Source of the DNA: Rhina ancylostomus
Lineage: Eukaryota
DNA length: 64,000 nt
Direction of reading: 5' to 3'
Assembly (NCBI GenBank): GCA_030265395.1
Contig: JARFYF010000104.1
Location: 21,947,275-22,011,274, forward strand
The translations under genes and the position numbers were made by a program. Numbering within the stretch: position 1 is the stretch's first letter; each line of letters begins with the position of its first letter. The notes under the pieces are model-generated. The model did no database searches, was not told where the DNA came from, and worked only from the letters and a program-made list of their open reading frames with translations. Shown here piece after piece: positions 25,480 through 38,997 of the stretch.

Positions 25480-26150
25480 AAAGGGGTAGAGGAGAAGGAG
25501 AATACCTAATTCATTCAAAGTATTATTACAACTTCAGTGAGGGAGGATGCAGAGCAAAAAAATGACAATCAGGACTATATGATGAATATCCAGGAACAAT
25601 GGAGATCCTAAGAGTTCCATGTACACATCACTAATATATGATGATGCCAGGTTCATACAGTAATTTCTTAGACTAATGGAATGTCGGCCTTTCTACCTAA
25701 AGGGTTAGAATATAAAGGGAGGTTGGTTTTGTTACCACTACAGTTGGTTAGAATCAGGAACGCAGCACTGATTCACAAAGATATTACCTGGGTTCGAAGA
25801 GTTAAGGTTACATTAGTCATTTTCATATTTCCTGAAATTTAGAAATTTGTGTGGTGATTTGATTAAAAATTCTGTGATTTTGAAAGAAATTAATAGTTAA
25901 GAGAAATATTTTCTCTGGTTGTAAGAACAAGGGCTGCTCAAGAGAGGAGACATTTATTTAGATAAGAGATGGAAGAAGTGTAAAACTCCTTCCCATACAA
26001 AAAAGCAGGCACAAACATTACTGTGTTAAATTTGAGATTTATATATTTTTCTCTAGGCATCAATATTAAGGGCTACAAAACTAATGCAGTTGAAAGGAGT
26101 AAATAAACATAGCTGTCATGATAACATTGAATGGGATAACAGGTTTGTGA
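25480..26150 (+). mobile_element. Degenerate CR1 fragment
   Basis: ggagatcctaagagt, ctaatggaatgtcggcctt, aaatttagaaatttgtgtggtgatttgatt remnants. Confidence 0.55.
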
Positions 26151-26630
26151 TTCCTGATGCTTCCAGACACAAGCATTTCCAGTACTCTTTCTTTTTATTC
26201 CATTAAATTTGAACTTAATTGTTACAACAGCATTTCTCTTTGTCCACATTTTCTTTAGATGATACGGAGGTAATCTTCACCATTAAATCCCGGGCAGTGA
26301 TGGTGGATTACAACCTCATTTTACTTTTGCCTTCTGCAATCTCTTGTCTTTAATTTGTGTAAAATAATGTTACTCTTTTTCCATTCAGTTAATCTCATTG
26401 AGAAATTTTAAACTATCAGATGGTACAGTAATTTAAAACTATAAGCTTCTTATTCAATAATTTTTAATAATATGATATTGAAATTTGCTTATCAATTAAA
26501 TAATTTTTAAGTATTCACTGCAGACTGTGCTAATCTGAATGTGGGCTTGTTTGGTAACTCAACACTTCTGCCACATTGATTTTGGCTGAAGAAAAGGTTG
26601 AGCTAATATTTCCTGCTGCTTTTGGTATAG

Positions 26631-26879
26631 GATTTTGGGCCCGTGAAGTTGGAAAGATGATTGGATTGGATCACCCTCTTGTCCCTGTCCACCATCAGTA
26701 TGTCATCACCTCAACAATCCCAGAGGTGAAATCACTGAAACATGAGCTCCCTGTTCTCCGTGACCTGGAAGGCTCCTACTATCTGCGCCAGGAGCGCGAT
26801 GGTCTCCTTTTTGGCCCCTATGAAGATAAGGAGAAGATGATGATACAAGACTCTTGGTTAACAGATGGTGTCCCACCAG
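26631..26879 (+). CDS. DMGDH: DMGDH exon 6 equivalent, 249 bp: (G)[82 protein letters not shown](G)
   Basis: tatag acceptor, gtaaaa donor. [26 protein letters not shown] motif. Phase 1/1. Confidence 0.97.
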
Positions 26880-27849
26880 GTAAAAAAGGATGTTATAATT
26901 TGATGTAAAATATCAGTTTCATGCTACGTTACATACATTGAAGGAAAAAATGTTCCCACATAATTACCTTGACTTTTATTTACATTACATATAAACATTG
27001 AAGTATGCATAAAAATCAAAACTACTTATTCACCTCTATGGGCTTGGTATTGGATGAAGTTGGGTTGGGTTAAAGATTGAAAATGAGCTTAGAATATCTG
27101 AACTTCTTGCTATGATGAAGGGGTCTGAAAATTGGCAATGCTCCTTGTGAACCAGGAGGAACAGGAGTATTTCCCTGGTCCTTCAAGGAAACTTCCAGCC
27201 TCCTACAGCCTTGATTAAGAACCATTCTAACCCACCACCTCAGTAACCTTGCACATGCACCATAACCCTCTCGATTATCTATCCCTACCCAGCCCCAATA
27301 ACTGATGTACAACCAGCCATGATTGTCAACCCCCCCCCACCCCCCCCCCNNNNNNNNNNNNNNNNNNNNNNNNNNNNNNNNNNNNNNNNNNNNNNNNNNN
27401 NNNNNNNNNNNNNNNNNNNNNNNNNNNNNNNNNNNNNNNNNNNNNNNNNTATTGCCCATTTTGTTCAACTCTTTTTCCTCACCCCTCTGTGCTAATATAC
27501 CCCCTATATTTTTGCTTCTGGATTCCACCAGTATATTATTTTATTCACCTTTCTGAAATAACAATGCTGCCTGATCTGCAGAGTATTTCCAGAACTTTGT
27601 TTTTATAATAATTGGCTTCATTTCTGTTCCTTTAATGTAGTAAAATAACTCAAGTCACTTCACAGGAGCATAATCATAATTTAATACAGAGCCAAGGAAG
27701 GAGATAATAAGGTAGATAACTAAAAGTCTGGCCAGTGGGGTAGGGTATTTTTAAGGAGACTGTTAAAGGAGAATAGTACACCAGGGAAGGAAGGAGCTGC
27801 AAGGCTTAGGACATAGATGTTGATGACCTGGTTACCAGTGGTGTCAGTC

Positions 27850-28390
27850 CATGACCTCCTCTACTGGCACGTTGAGTCCAGAAGCAGGTTGGAGGAGCAA
27901 CACCTCACATTCCATCTTGTTAGTTTCCAACATTGATTTCTCTATCTTCCAGTAACTACTCCCCTCTGTTTTCCTTCCTCCCCCCCCAATTTTTTCTTTG
28001 TTTTTCCTCATTCCTGTGGCCCCTTTACCCCTTCTCTTTCCCCTCCCCTGCACTCAGGACCTGCCCACCTTGTTCGCTTTATTCCATGGTCCTCTGTCCT
28101 CTCATATCAGATTCCTCTTTCTTCAGCCCTTTGCCTCTTCCACCAAACACTTCNNNNNNNNNNNNNNNCAATCACTTCCCACCTTCTCACATCATTCCCT
28201 TGCCCCCCCACCTGGACTCACCTATCCATGTGCTCCTCCCCCTCCCCCTACCCTTCCCCTACCCTTTTATCTTGGCTTCTATCCTCTTTCTTTCCAGTCC
28301 TGATGAAGGATCTTAGCCTGAAACATTGTTCATTTCTCTCCATAGAGGCTGCCTGACCTGCTGAGTTCCTCCAGTGCTTTGTGTGTGTTG
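27850..28390 (+). mobile_element. Penelope 3' end with pseudo-LTR
   Basis: RLEEQHLTFHL endonuclease C-terminus, pyrimidine-rich tract, then agtcctgatgaagg...gctgcctgacctgctgagttcctccag. Confidence 0.85.
28296..28331 (+). ncRNA. Minimal type I hammerhead ribozyme motif (best-preserved core; 3' arm decayed) in a Penelope pseudo-LTR
   Basis: agtc-CTGATGA-agg atcttag cct-GAAA-cattg. Core boxes intact, stem II agg/cct pairs, and cattg is the CpG-decay product of cgtcg. Confidence 0.6.
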
Positions 28391-28779
28391 AGTTACAAGT
28401 GGAACTGGGAATGTATTAAAAAGATCAGAGTTCAATGAATGCAGAGATTTGAACACATGGATGAAACTTTTATACTTGGTGGTTCAGCTGCCAATATTGG
28501 ACACTAAACACAAGAGTGATGCATGCACACAGCATACTGGCCAAGAAATCAGATTTTACCCATTTCCAGTGAGCAAAATGGGTGCTGCTTTTGTGCTAAT
28601 ACCAAATAAGGGTCACCAAAGAAGTTACAAAGTTGGGGTGTCCTCAATTTATGGATTCTCTATTGTGGTTTTCTCCCATTTGCAAAGGGTAGAACTTGTG
28701 TGTCCAAAAACCACAGGTCTTTGCTGAATTCATTGTTGTCATCTCATTTGCATGCTGGGAGGTGGGTCAACAATCATAC

Positions 28780-30130
28780 AGTAAACTCTTCATGCAGTGA
28801 CATGGATTGTCAAGGGGCTGAGAGACCATAGAGAGGGAGAGAGTAAAATGGAGAGGGAGAAGGAAAATCAAGGGGTGAGGGGTGAACTTGGAGATAGAAA
28901 GGTTTAAATGTTGCAGGGTGGTGTGATGGGGGCAGTCACACTATGGAACCGCACAATAGGCACAATGCTGCGGACAGCTTGCATGGTAACTGTGGACTGG
29001 ATCTGTGATCGTTGGTTCCACAGATCATANNNNNNNNNNNNNNNNNNNNNNNNNNNNNNNNNNNNNNNNNNNNNNNNNNNNNNNNNNNNNNNNNNNNNNN
29101 NNNNNNNNNNNNNNGATAGAGTCATAAAGAGATACAACAGACTAACTGGCCCTTCGGCCCATTGAATATTTGCTGACCATCAAGAAAAAATAGTGATGTT
29201 CTAGTGGGAACCCCTTAAGGATTGTTCCTGCCTTGCTGCATGATAACCTCCTTCCTTAGCTGTGAATGAGAAGCAGAAGTCATAGATCTCAACCTTTTGA
29301 ACCAAAAACACATGCCATGCTTGAAGTACAATGAAGCAACAGCTATAGGCTGAATTACAACATGTTTTCCCCAGTCCAATCTCCTGATGGGTATAGGACT
29401 TCTGACTGAAATGAATGCATTTAAAACATGTGAAAATAGTAATTCTAACATGTTAAATAAATGTTAAATAGTAACATGTGAAAATAGTAATAGTAATCAT
29501 CCATATGTATTTCCCTAATTCAATTTCTAAGCTATTATCTAAATACTGTATATTAGTTTATGGCCAGCTGGTTTTTGGATGGATTCAATGATATGTGAAG
29601 TGGAAAATGGGAAATTAGCCAGGAATCCTTGGAACGTTTGAGTCTGAAGACAACATAAACATGCACAAGGCCATGAGCAGCGAATGAGCTGAGGAAGGGG
29701 TGGAGAAGTGTGTTTTACAGAAGTGAAAGTGAATGGTCTTTTTGTTGAAAATAATACAAGGTAGAAAGCTCAGCTCACTATAAAATAGAATATCAAAGAT
29801 TCCAACAGCTTTTTTTTGGGAGCATAGTGAGGAGGATGCGTGAGTCACGAGAGAACATTTTGAAGAGTGCTGAAAGTAATGACTTTGCCCTACAAAATGT
29901 TTTCTTTGAGAAAGTTGTCACTCATCCAGAATATGATGCCAGACTTACCTGAGGCAATGTAAGAATTGAGAGAAGTGGTGGTGAGGTAGAGATGAGTGCT
30001 GTCAGCATGCACGTGGAGCATAATGTGAGTATTTTGGATAATGTAATCTTGGCGAAGAATGCAGATAGAATGGAACCAAGAAAAAATCCTTTTGTGACAT
30101 ATGGCATGAAAATTGCTGATGTTGTTGATC
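28780..30130 (-). mobile_element. Degenerate L2-like LINE fragments
   Basis: Purine-rich text such as ggtgtgatgggggcagtcacactatggaacc and gaatatgatgccagactta...gtggagcataatgtgagt resembling the antisense L2 endonuclease/linker region. Discontinuous. Confidence 0.45.
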
Positions 30131-30134
30131 ATAT

Positions 30135-30895
30135 GGAGGGTAGGTAAGATGGGCAGAGCAATAGTAGATGGAATTTAGTGCTGATAACTGTGAGGTGATG
30201 CATTATAGGAGAATTAATAATAACAGGACAGGCTATGAATGGTAGGCTCCTAGGGAGTATTGAGGAACAGAGGGACTTTGGTGTTCAAAGCCAAGGATCC
30301 CTGTAGGTGGCAGCACAGATAAGGTGGTTACTGTTAAGATGGGATATGGAATACTTGTCTTCATTAGTTGGGGCATGGAAGGTTATTAGTGGTTATGGTA
30401 TAACTACATAACACATTAGCTAAGCCACAACTGGAGTACTGTGTACAGTTCTGGTTACCACACTATGGGAATGAGGTAATTGGACTTAAGATGGTGCAGA
30501 AGAAATTCACCAGGATGTTGCCTGGATTGGAGTGTTTCAGTTAAAGAGATTAGATAGGCTGAGTTTACTTTCCTTTGAGCAGAGGAGGCTGAGAGGGAAC
30601 CTGACTAAGCTATACAGAAGTATGAGGAGCATAGACATGGCTAGTAAGAAATTCTTTCTGTAGCAGGGTGTCTGAAACTAATGGAAAGGGTAGAAACTAA
30701 GGCAAAGGGTAGAAAATTTTAAGGGGATCTGAGGAAGAACTTTTTCACTTAGAGGTAGGTTGGAATCCACAGTGCATCTTGGGGGTGGTGAAGGCAGAGA
30801 CCTACAAGAAGTATCTAGACAAACACTTGAATCCTCAACGCATAGACATGGTGGGTCGAAGGGATTCTTTCTGTGCTGTGTGATTCTATGACTCT
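30135..30895 (+). mobile_element. CR1 3' fragment
   Basis: [27 protein letters not shown] and RRLRGNLTKLY. Ends in a ttctatgactct tail. Confidence 0.88.
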
Positions 30896-31034
30896 TAAGT
30901 TAATGGCACACGCTGAGCAGTTTTTGTTTTCTTGCTGATTGTAGAATGATTTTCAGGGCAGTGGGCTTCTAGCTGCTGTTGGAACATTATTCTTAGAAGC
31001 ACTGAGCAGAGCACTCTAGGTTTGTATTTACAAG

Positions 31035-32090
31035 AGTTTAGAAGAATGAGAGGGGTTCTAATTGAAACATACAAGGTTCTGATAGGGCTGGACTGACTGC
31101 ATGTGGGAAGGATGTTTACCCTGATTACAGTGTCTAGAATGATGGTTCACATTCTCAGGTTAAAGGGCAAGTGATTTAGGACTGAGGTGAGGAGAGATTT
31201 TCTCACCCCATGAATGGTGAACTGGTAGAATTCACTACTACATTGGGCTATAGAGATGAATACATTTGAGAAGGAGATAAATACATTTCTAGATACAAAA
31301 TGCATTAAAGGAAAGTAATGGCACTATGATATTGGGATTGGTTTATTATTGTCACATGTACCAAGTTTTACGATGAAAATATTGTCTTGCATACCGTTCA
31401 TACAGATCAATTCATTACATAGTGCATTGAGGTAGTACAAGGTAAAACAATACAGATTNNNNNNNNNNNNNNNNNNNNNNNNNNNNNNNNNNNNNNNNNN
31501 NNNNNNNNNNNNNNNNNNNNNNNNNNNNNNNNNNNNNNNNNNNNNNNNNNNNNNNNNNNNNNNNNNNNNNNNNNNNNNNNNNNNNNNNNNNNNNNNNNNN
31601 NNNNNNNNNNNNNNNNNNNNNNNNNNNNNNNNNNNNNNNNNNNNNNNNNNNNNNNNNNNNNNNNNNNNNNNNNNNNNNNNNNNNNNNNNNNNNNNNNNNN
31701 NNNNNNNNNNNNNNNNNNNNNNNNNNNNNNNNNNNNNNNNNNNNNNNNNNNNNNNNNNNNNNNNNNNNNNNNNNNNNNNNNNNNNNNNNNNNNNNNNNNN
31801 NNNNNNNNNNNNNNNNNNNNNNNNNNNNNNNNNNNNNNNNNNNNNNNNNNNNNNNNNNNNNNNNNNNNNNNNNNNNNNNNNNNNNNNNNNNNNNNNNNNN
31901 NNNNNNNNNNNNNNNNNNNNNNNNNNNNNNNNNNNNNNNNNNNNNNNNNNNNNNNNNNNNNNNNNTAGTTCCCTGAGGAAGTAGAGGTGACAGGACAGGC
32001 TATTGAGATAGAAGATCGGCCATGATCAGATTGAGTGGGGGAGCAGGCTTGAAGGGCTGAATGGCCTATTCCTGCTCCTATTTTCTACGT
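31035..32090 (+). mobile_element. CR1 3' end interrupted by a younger repeat (about 31330-31990, mostly N)
   Basis: gagtttagaagaatgagaggggttctaattgaaacatacaag before the insert; gggctgaatggcctattcctgctcctatttt tail after it. Confidence 0.75.
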
Positions 32091-32761
32091 TTCAATATTT
32101 TTGTATACTCCAATTATCCAATTCATAGACAAGGGGTGCCCTAGAACTTCAGCCTGTATCTATTTAATAAGAACTGACTGGGGAATATAGAATGAATGAA
32201 ATTGTCCAGTTTGGCTTGTAGAAAAAGAAATAATCTCCGCAGTTGCAGATCAGTATTTACTTGAATGGAGGTGAGTGAAGTGCAATACAGCTGATGGTTA
32301 CGGTTTATAAATAATCATTATGTGATTTGGGATCACGCTGAAGAAAGCAGACATTGTTCCTTTTTTCTGGCCTGAATCTAGTGACTGTCCCATCCTACTA
32401 ATGATACTCTGACTAGAACTGGCACTTTTAAGCAACCTTAATTCAACCCAGCTCCTATTGTCACTCTAACACGAGCTGATTGTTGCTAGCAGCCTTAATT
32501 CAAGCCAGTTCTTTTGTCAGCTCTAAGCTGATTTCTGTCCTCAACAGCATCCTAATGTAAGCATGCATTGATAAACAACTTTAATGATTGAGTGCTGCGG
32601 GGACCCATCAATATGCGAGTGTATAATCTGTATGAAAACATTTTGTTTTTTCACCATGTGCATGCCAACCAGATTTAGAATTTCATTTATAGGCTATTCA
32701 CATAGGAGATGTGTTATAATCTATAAATACTCAGATGTTTCTGTATAATCATCTGTTCCAG

Positions 32762-32960
32762 GATTTGGGAAGGAACTTTTTGAATCAGATTTGGATAGAA
32801 TCATGGATAACGTTGAATGTGCTATGGATATGGTCCCAGTTTTGAAAAAAGCAGACATAGTTAACATAATATCAGGACCTATCACGTACACACCAGATAT
32901 ACTTCCTATGGCTGGACCTCACCAAGGTGTTCGGAACTACTGGGTGGCCATTGGATTTGG
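32762..32960 (+). CDS. DMGDH: DMGDH exon 7 equivalent, 199 bp: (G)[65 protein letters not shown](G)
   Basis: ctgttccag acceptor, gtaggt donor. Read by hand. [13 protein letters not shown] and GPITY.PD.LP motifs. Phase 1/2. Confidence 0.97.
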
Positions 32961-35900
32961 GTAGGTACCCCTTTTCTGTTTCTTTTCAATCATCATCATT
33001 AATCTTTTTCATTCATTCTTCCATGATTTCAGACACTGTGGCAGAGGTTATCTGCTTTAGAGGAATCCTGGCACATCCAAGAGTTTGCCAGTTTCTGCCA
33101 GATGAAAGTATAGGGTAATTAAAATCAGTCCCTGTTTAAATTCCTGTGTCCATCAATTTCTAATGACTGAATATCATCCTGATGTGAAATTGATATGTAG
33201 CAGTTCTGAACAAACATGGTTTACCATATTTAGCTTCAAATCCACTTAAGTGCTTTCAAACCATTCCTTTGTTCAGATCCCATACACAGATAATCCTGAG
33301 ATTTTACGTGTGGATAAAGAATGTGCAGGTGTCGACACTGGCTTTGTGTTGTGCTGTAAATTGGAAGGTTGTGGGCTCAAGCCTCATTGGATGACTTGAG
33401 CACATTTCATATAGGACTTCGGAGGACATAAATTAAACTATGTTCTGTTTTTCCTTTGTAAATTCATTTGAGCCTGATAATCCAAAGCCAAAATAAAAAC
33501 ACTAAGCAATGGACCAGTAGCAAAACTTCATTGTAGCATCGAGGGCATGTTGCACAATTTAAGGTACTGTTTTTCCAATGAAATGCCCTGCCAGATAAAA
33601 CTCTAGAACTGGATTTTTTATTGGTGAATAAATATTTGAAAAACAGAATGTAAATGCTATGGAGAAAGAGCAGAACTTTGAGACTAAATAGCTCCCAGAC
33701 AAGCAGAAACACAGTGTGAGACTTTGGCTTGGTTGTGACCGGGTTTTTGACAAGCTGCTCATGAGGCTCCAGATGTGACAGGTGTGATTTTAATGCATGG
33801 GCCTCATGCCTTTCATCCTAACCTAAATCCTTACCAAACCACAATCACGTTTAGTATGCCTACAAATTAACCACAAGGTATGTAAATCAACAGAGATAAA
33901 CTACATTCTTGAAGAAGTTTCATACATGTGATACTAAAATTTTGAACCCTCAGAGGAACCTTATATTGTCAGGTCAGAATTTCATGTGACTGTGGACAAA
34001 GTGACAAGAATAGAGTAATTGAAGTGGAAGAATTGGAAGCCCAGCTGGTTAAAGTCAGAGACATGCTCGCTCTTATACATGAATACGAGAAACCCCTGAA
34101 GCACAGGTTGACATCTTTGATAACTGAAAATGATACAATCATTTTAACATGCTTGATATCCCAGAGAATNNNNNNNNNNNNNNNNNNNNNNNNNNNNNNN
34201 AGCATCCTGGAAGCTTTACAGTTTGAAGATTGAACAGGAAGATATTTATCATACTATCAAGCATATCTTTATTTATCTTGATTTATGGCATATTTGCTTC
34301 ACTCTTCCAAACAGTTTGAAATGACTGTATGTCAAATCTTATATCTGTTATTCTGATTGAAAATACACTTCAGAGAAGATGATTGATCCTTGAACTCCCA
34401 TGAGAAGGCCAGCAAATTGTTGTGGTGAAAATCAGTGAAGGATTTCTGGTTGCTTATTCTTCATCAGGTGATTTTCTGGCATGGGTGTGAGGTAAAGACA
34501 GAGGGTCAAGGGTGAAGCCAGCTAAGAGTGCAGAGCTTTTTTTTCAGTTGGATATTCTCTTTCAACATCTGTCCAAACGGCTAGGAGTGCTATTCAGACA
34601 TTGCATTTGCGCTATGGCTGGAACCCTCAATGTCATATTATATGGCAGCCTTTTGCGGGCTATTTTAACTCACAGCCAAGGGAACTCTCTAACTGCTTTG
34701 GATATGTTGCTAGGTTCAGGCCTCCATGCAGACTGGACCATTTTTATTGATTATTGACCCCAGATGTGGATATTTGAGAGCAACCAGTGCATAATCGTTA
34801 TTTGGAATTGGTGAAGCTTTAAGAGGTGCCTGCATGAATGTCTTTTGCATCACAGACTTGAACTTATTTCTTAGCCAAATCCATTGATGGATCTATCAGA
34901 GTCTTCATCAAATGCCTTCTGGAAGTCCATATGGCAAACATTCCTATGTATTTAGAAATAGTTGAGACTATTAATCTGTGAGTTTTGGAATTTGACTGTA
35001 GGGGCTCAAGTGAACAACTCATTCTTCGTAGAGAATTTTAAGGAGAGACAATATACTGACATCATCCCAAATAATAAAAGGTGTTGAAAGTGCTAAAGCA
35101 AACAAGAGAGTAACTGAGACATAGGCTTCGATGAAATAAATAAAATTATACAAAAATAAACAAGATAATGAATGTAAGGCAGAGACTTGCAGAGAAGATG
35201 GTGAGTGGTCATTTTACACCATTAAAATGGAAATGGAGAACAATTTGTTTTTCTTCATCTACATATTTGTTATGCATAGAGGTTTTTAACAATAGTTAAG
35301 ATTCTATCAAGAAATCTTTATTGTGGAGCGCATACTCCTTCTCCACTGGCATGCAAGTCCTTCTCTAAAGTTTAGAGAGTTTATGTGGAAGTTAGTAATA
35401 GCCAAGGTGTATATGCTCAAATATGCTAGGAGATGCTGCTTGAGATTAATCAACTGAGCCACCATGATTAACTGGCACATTCCTCCTATTGACTTCCTCC
35501 TATTTGTTAAGCAAGGACTAACATTGAGCATTGACTTGCAAGGTTGGTGGTGAGCATGAAGAATCATAAATTTCTGGTGCCAGGTCTAACCCATCCAGGA
35601 TTAAATAATAATCCAGGTTGACCAGTTAATCATTAATAGTTCTCTACAATATTGACCCAGCTAGTTCAAATATTGGACAACAGAATCTAAAGCCAATCTT
35701 TAACTTATACAAATCTATCATTACTTGATGGACCTTGGGATCTCAAAGAAATCATGCTTATCTTCTCCCCAAAGGCAATAGAAACAAGTTAGACATTAGA
35801 CTTCTAATGATTGTGCCTTTGATTCCTCATTAGGTAACAGATACTAGGAACTTTGGAACAGCATGGTGAGCAGCAGAATATACTATATTATAAAATGTCA

Positions 35901-36735
35901 AAGCACATGCTATTTATATATCTTGTGGCATAACTAATATTTCCCCCAAAATTAACCATGTCTCAGAAGGNNNNNNNNNNNNNNNNNNNNNNNNNNNNNN
36001 NNNNNNNNNNNNNNNNNNNNNNNNNNNNNNNNNNNNNNNNNNNNNNNNNNNNNNNNNNNNNNNNNNNNNNNNNNNNNNNNNNNNNNNNNNNNNNNNNNNN
36101 NNNNNNNNNNNNNNNNNNNNNNNNNNNNNNNNNNNNNNNNNNNNNNNNNNNNNNNNNNNNNNNNNNNNNNNNNNNNNNNNNNNNNNNNNNNNNNNNNNNN
36201 NNNNNNNNNNNNNNNNNNNNNNNNNNNNNNNNNNNNNNNNNNNNNNNNNNNNNNNNNNNNAGGAGGTAATAGAACCTCCAATTTACATTATTGTTAAACA
36301 AACTGGAGGTTCTATCATCTCCTGTTAGGACCATGCAACTGTGGTGCAATATTCCCACATACTCTGAAAGCATTAGTGCTGAAGGTCCCCTTCATTTGCT
36401 GCAAGTTTCCGAGTTAAATGGACTTCATGTGAACATCTACCTGGCTGTGCCATAGATTTCCATCCATAATTCCCTACGTGAAGATGTGCCAACAGTGGGC
36501 CATGTATTCCATCACTGGAAGAAAGTTACCCTGAGACACTCATACGTTACTGGTGGTAGATGACTAGAGGTATTGATGAAAATCAAGTCTCAAGCATATC
36601 TGCCAATGGAATTGGATATGCATTAGAAGACTCCAAAACTGAAAAGTTTTAAAGTTGTAGGGCCTGTATTAAAAAGTGTTAAACTATTGACTGGAATTTA
36701 AAATTGATTCAAAGAAAAGCTTTTTGCATTTCCAG

Positions 36736-36905
36736 GTATGGAATCATTCATGCAGGTGGGATTGGAAAGTACCTTAGTGACTGGATCATGGATGGGGAAC
36801 CTGATTATGACCTGATAGAAATTGATCCCAATCGTTTCGGGAAATGGACAACAATCAAATATGCACTGGATAAAGCAAGAGAATCATATGGATTCAACAA
36901 CATTG
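36736..36905 (+). CDS. DMGDH: DMGDH exon 8 equivalent, 170 bp: [56 protein letters not shown](V)
   Basis: tttccag acceptor, gtaaga donor. Phase 2/1. Confidence 0.97.
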
Positions 36906-38124
36906 GTAAGAGGTATTGCAGGTATTGGATACATCTATGGAATATGTTTATCTTTAACTATTTCTGATTCACAATCCAAGATGATTTTAGTCAGTAGTTT
37001 CAACGTTAGAGAGGAATAAATATGAAGTGATTACTTGGGTTACATCTGCTTTTGGTCGCATTTCATAATAATGATAAAAATATAAGGATTTTCACTCTGT
37101 ATCATGCATTTGTGCACCTGAGCTGTTTAAGTGAACTTTTGAGAACTTTTGGTATTAAGAACTTGAACTGCAATGCAAAAGCAGTTCCCTTATTAATCTC
37201 ATTGGGTTAGAGTTAGCTTGTCTGTTAAGTTTGCTACCAGTGTATTCCCACTTCACTGATAGTGTGGCTAATTAAGTAGGCTTGAAGTATTCAATTTTAT
37301 CTTGACTGGGTTGTCCCGCAACCATGTCCAGCAACAGCTACCACCTTTGATAATGTCGCTTTCCCTGATATCCTTGGCCTATCTACTATGACCAGAAATG
37401 GAATGCTACATCTATCCCATTTTTACAACTATTTTGTTTTATATTTTTCCTGTCAACAATTTTTAATTTGTTGTGAAGCTTGAGTTCATCCAAAAATACT
37501 ATTTGCAGATTCAGAGCACCTCTTCTAGCGACCCTCTTGATATCTGATGCATGCAAAAGCTTGTCACTTTACTCACTTTTACCTTCTAATTTTCCTCTCT
37601 TTGTATTGTAACTTGGTTTGACTTCACGTTGTTTAAAACTGTTGTCAATTCTGCTTTAAACTTTTTCTTCTCAGGATGTTAAACATGCGTCTTTGCTCGA
37701 TTCCCTTCATATTGATTTCTACCCACAATCTACTTTCCGGTTGCCTTGCATAGGATCTTACTTTCTGTGTGCTCTCCTTCTAAATTGCAAAGTTGTTCAG
37801 TTTTTTGACACTGTTTGGATCTAATTATTAACATTCTCCATTTAAAACTGTACATTTAACAAACCACAGTTTCTTCCACCAATTAGCATCGATACACATA
37901 GTTTGGTCAATAATTACATTAATATTTATAGGATCCAGCTATGTGCAAGATGACTTGTTTGTTTATGAATGCTTTTATATAATTCATTAATTGTAAAGTA
38001 ATATCAATGCATCTCTAACAGCTATTTAGAAATCAATAATTCTTAAAATTATTACAGACGTATTTACTAAACATTGTGAATTAAGAAAGACAAATAATTG
38101 TTTTAAAACTTTTCAAAACTATTT

Positions 38125-38355
38125 GTACAGCGCGGTAACAAGCTCTTCCATCCCACCCAATGAGCCCAATTACACCCATGTTAACTGACTAACCCATATG
38201 TCTTTGGAATGTGCGAAGAAACTGGAGCACCCGGAGGAAACCCGTGCAGTCACAGGGGGGATGTATAAACTCCTTACAGACAGCGGCTGGAATTGAACCC
38301 CAATCGCTGGCCTTGTAATAGCGTTACGCTAACCGCTATGCTACTGTGCCGCCCA
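38125..38355 (-). mobile_element. HE1-type tRNA-derived V-SINE
   Basis: Minus strand: gggcggcacagTAGCATAGCGG (A box)...GGTTCAATTCC (B box)...gggtttcctccgggtgctccagtttcttcgcacattccaaagac (V domain). Confidence 0.85.
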
Positions 38356-38997
38356 CTTTCTTTTGCCTACTTTGCCACTTTAGCTTTCAAGTGGGCAAAT
38401 TGTTAGACAGAGGTATTTCCTTGCTCTTGTTCTCTCCACCTTTGTTTATAAAGTGCATGGTTCTGTACGCTTCTTTAATCACATTCTCAATCTGCCTGGC
38501 CACATTCACTGACCTATGCACATAGTTCTGTTTTGATTTTAGTACCTCAATGTAATTATGTACGGCATGATCTGTCTGGATGGCACGGACAACAAAAGCT
38601 TTTCATTGTATCTTGGTACAGGTGACAATAATTAACCAATACAATTAACCCCTGATCTTTCTATCCTTCTACTCCTTTTAGGCTCGTGTCTTTGGTTCTG
38701 CTCCCAAAACTAACATTTTATATTTCCTAGCATTAACTTACATTTGCCTCCTATCCACTCATAGCATCGGCTTGTCTATCTCTCCTTGTTGTCTATTACT
38801 ATCTTCCTCACAAATTCATAGTTCCTCCAACAAAGTCATGGCGAAACTTCACAAAACACTAGTTTTGCTACAACTGGTTTATTGTATCTAGCTTTGGGTG
38901 CTATACCTTAGAAAACGTTTTAGAGGGGGTGCAAGGGAAATTTACTAATGTTGAAGGACTTTAGTTACATGCATTGACTAGAGAAGCTGGGAATGTT

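Noticed and set aside
29422-29497. Local imperfect duplications (aacatgtgaaaatagtaat twice)
   Set aside because: Ordinary slippage in AT-rich intron DNA with no further structure
35952-36373. ORFs spanning N runs (also 6671-7009, 45387-45742, 61163-61556)
   Set aside because: Their length comes from N translated as X
38285-38355. tRNA gene suggested by A and B boxes
   Set aside because: It continues directly into a V-SINE core, so it is a SINE head and not a tRNA gene
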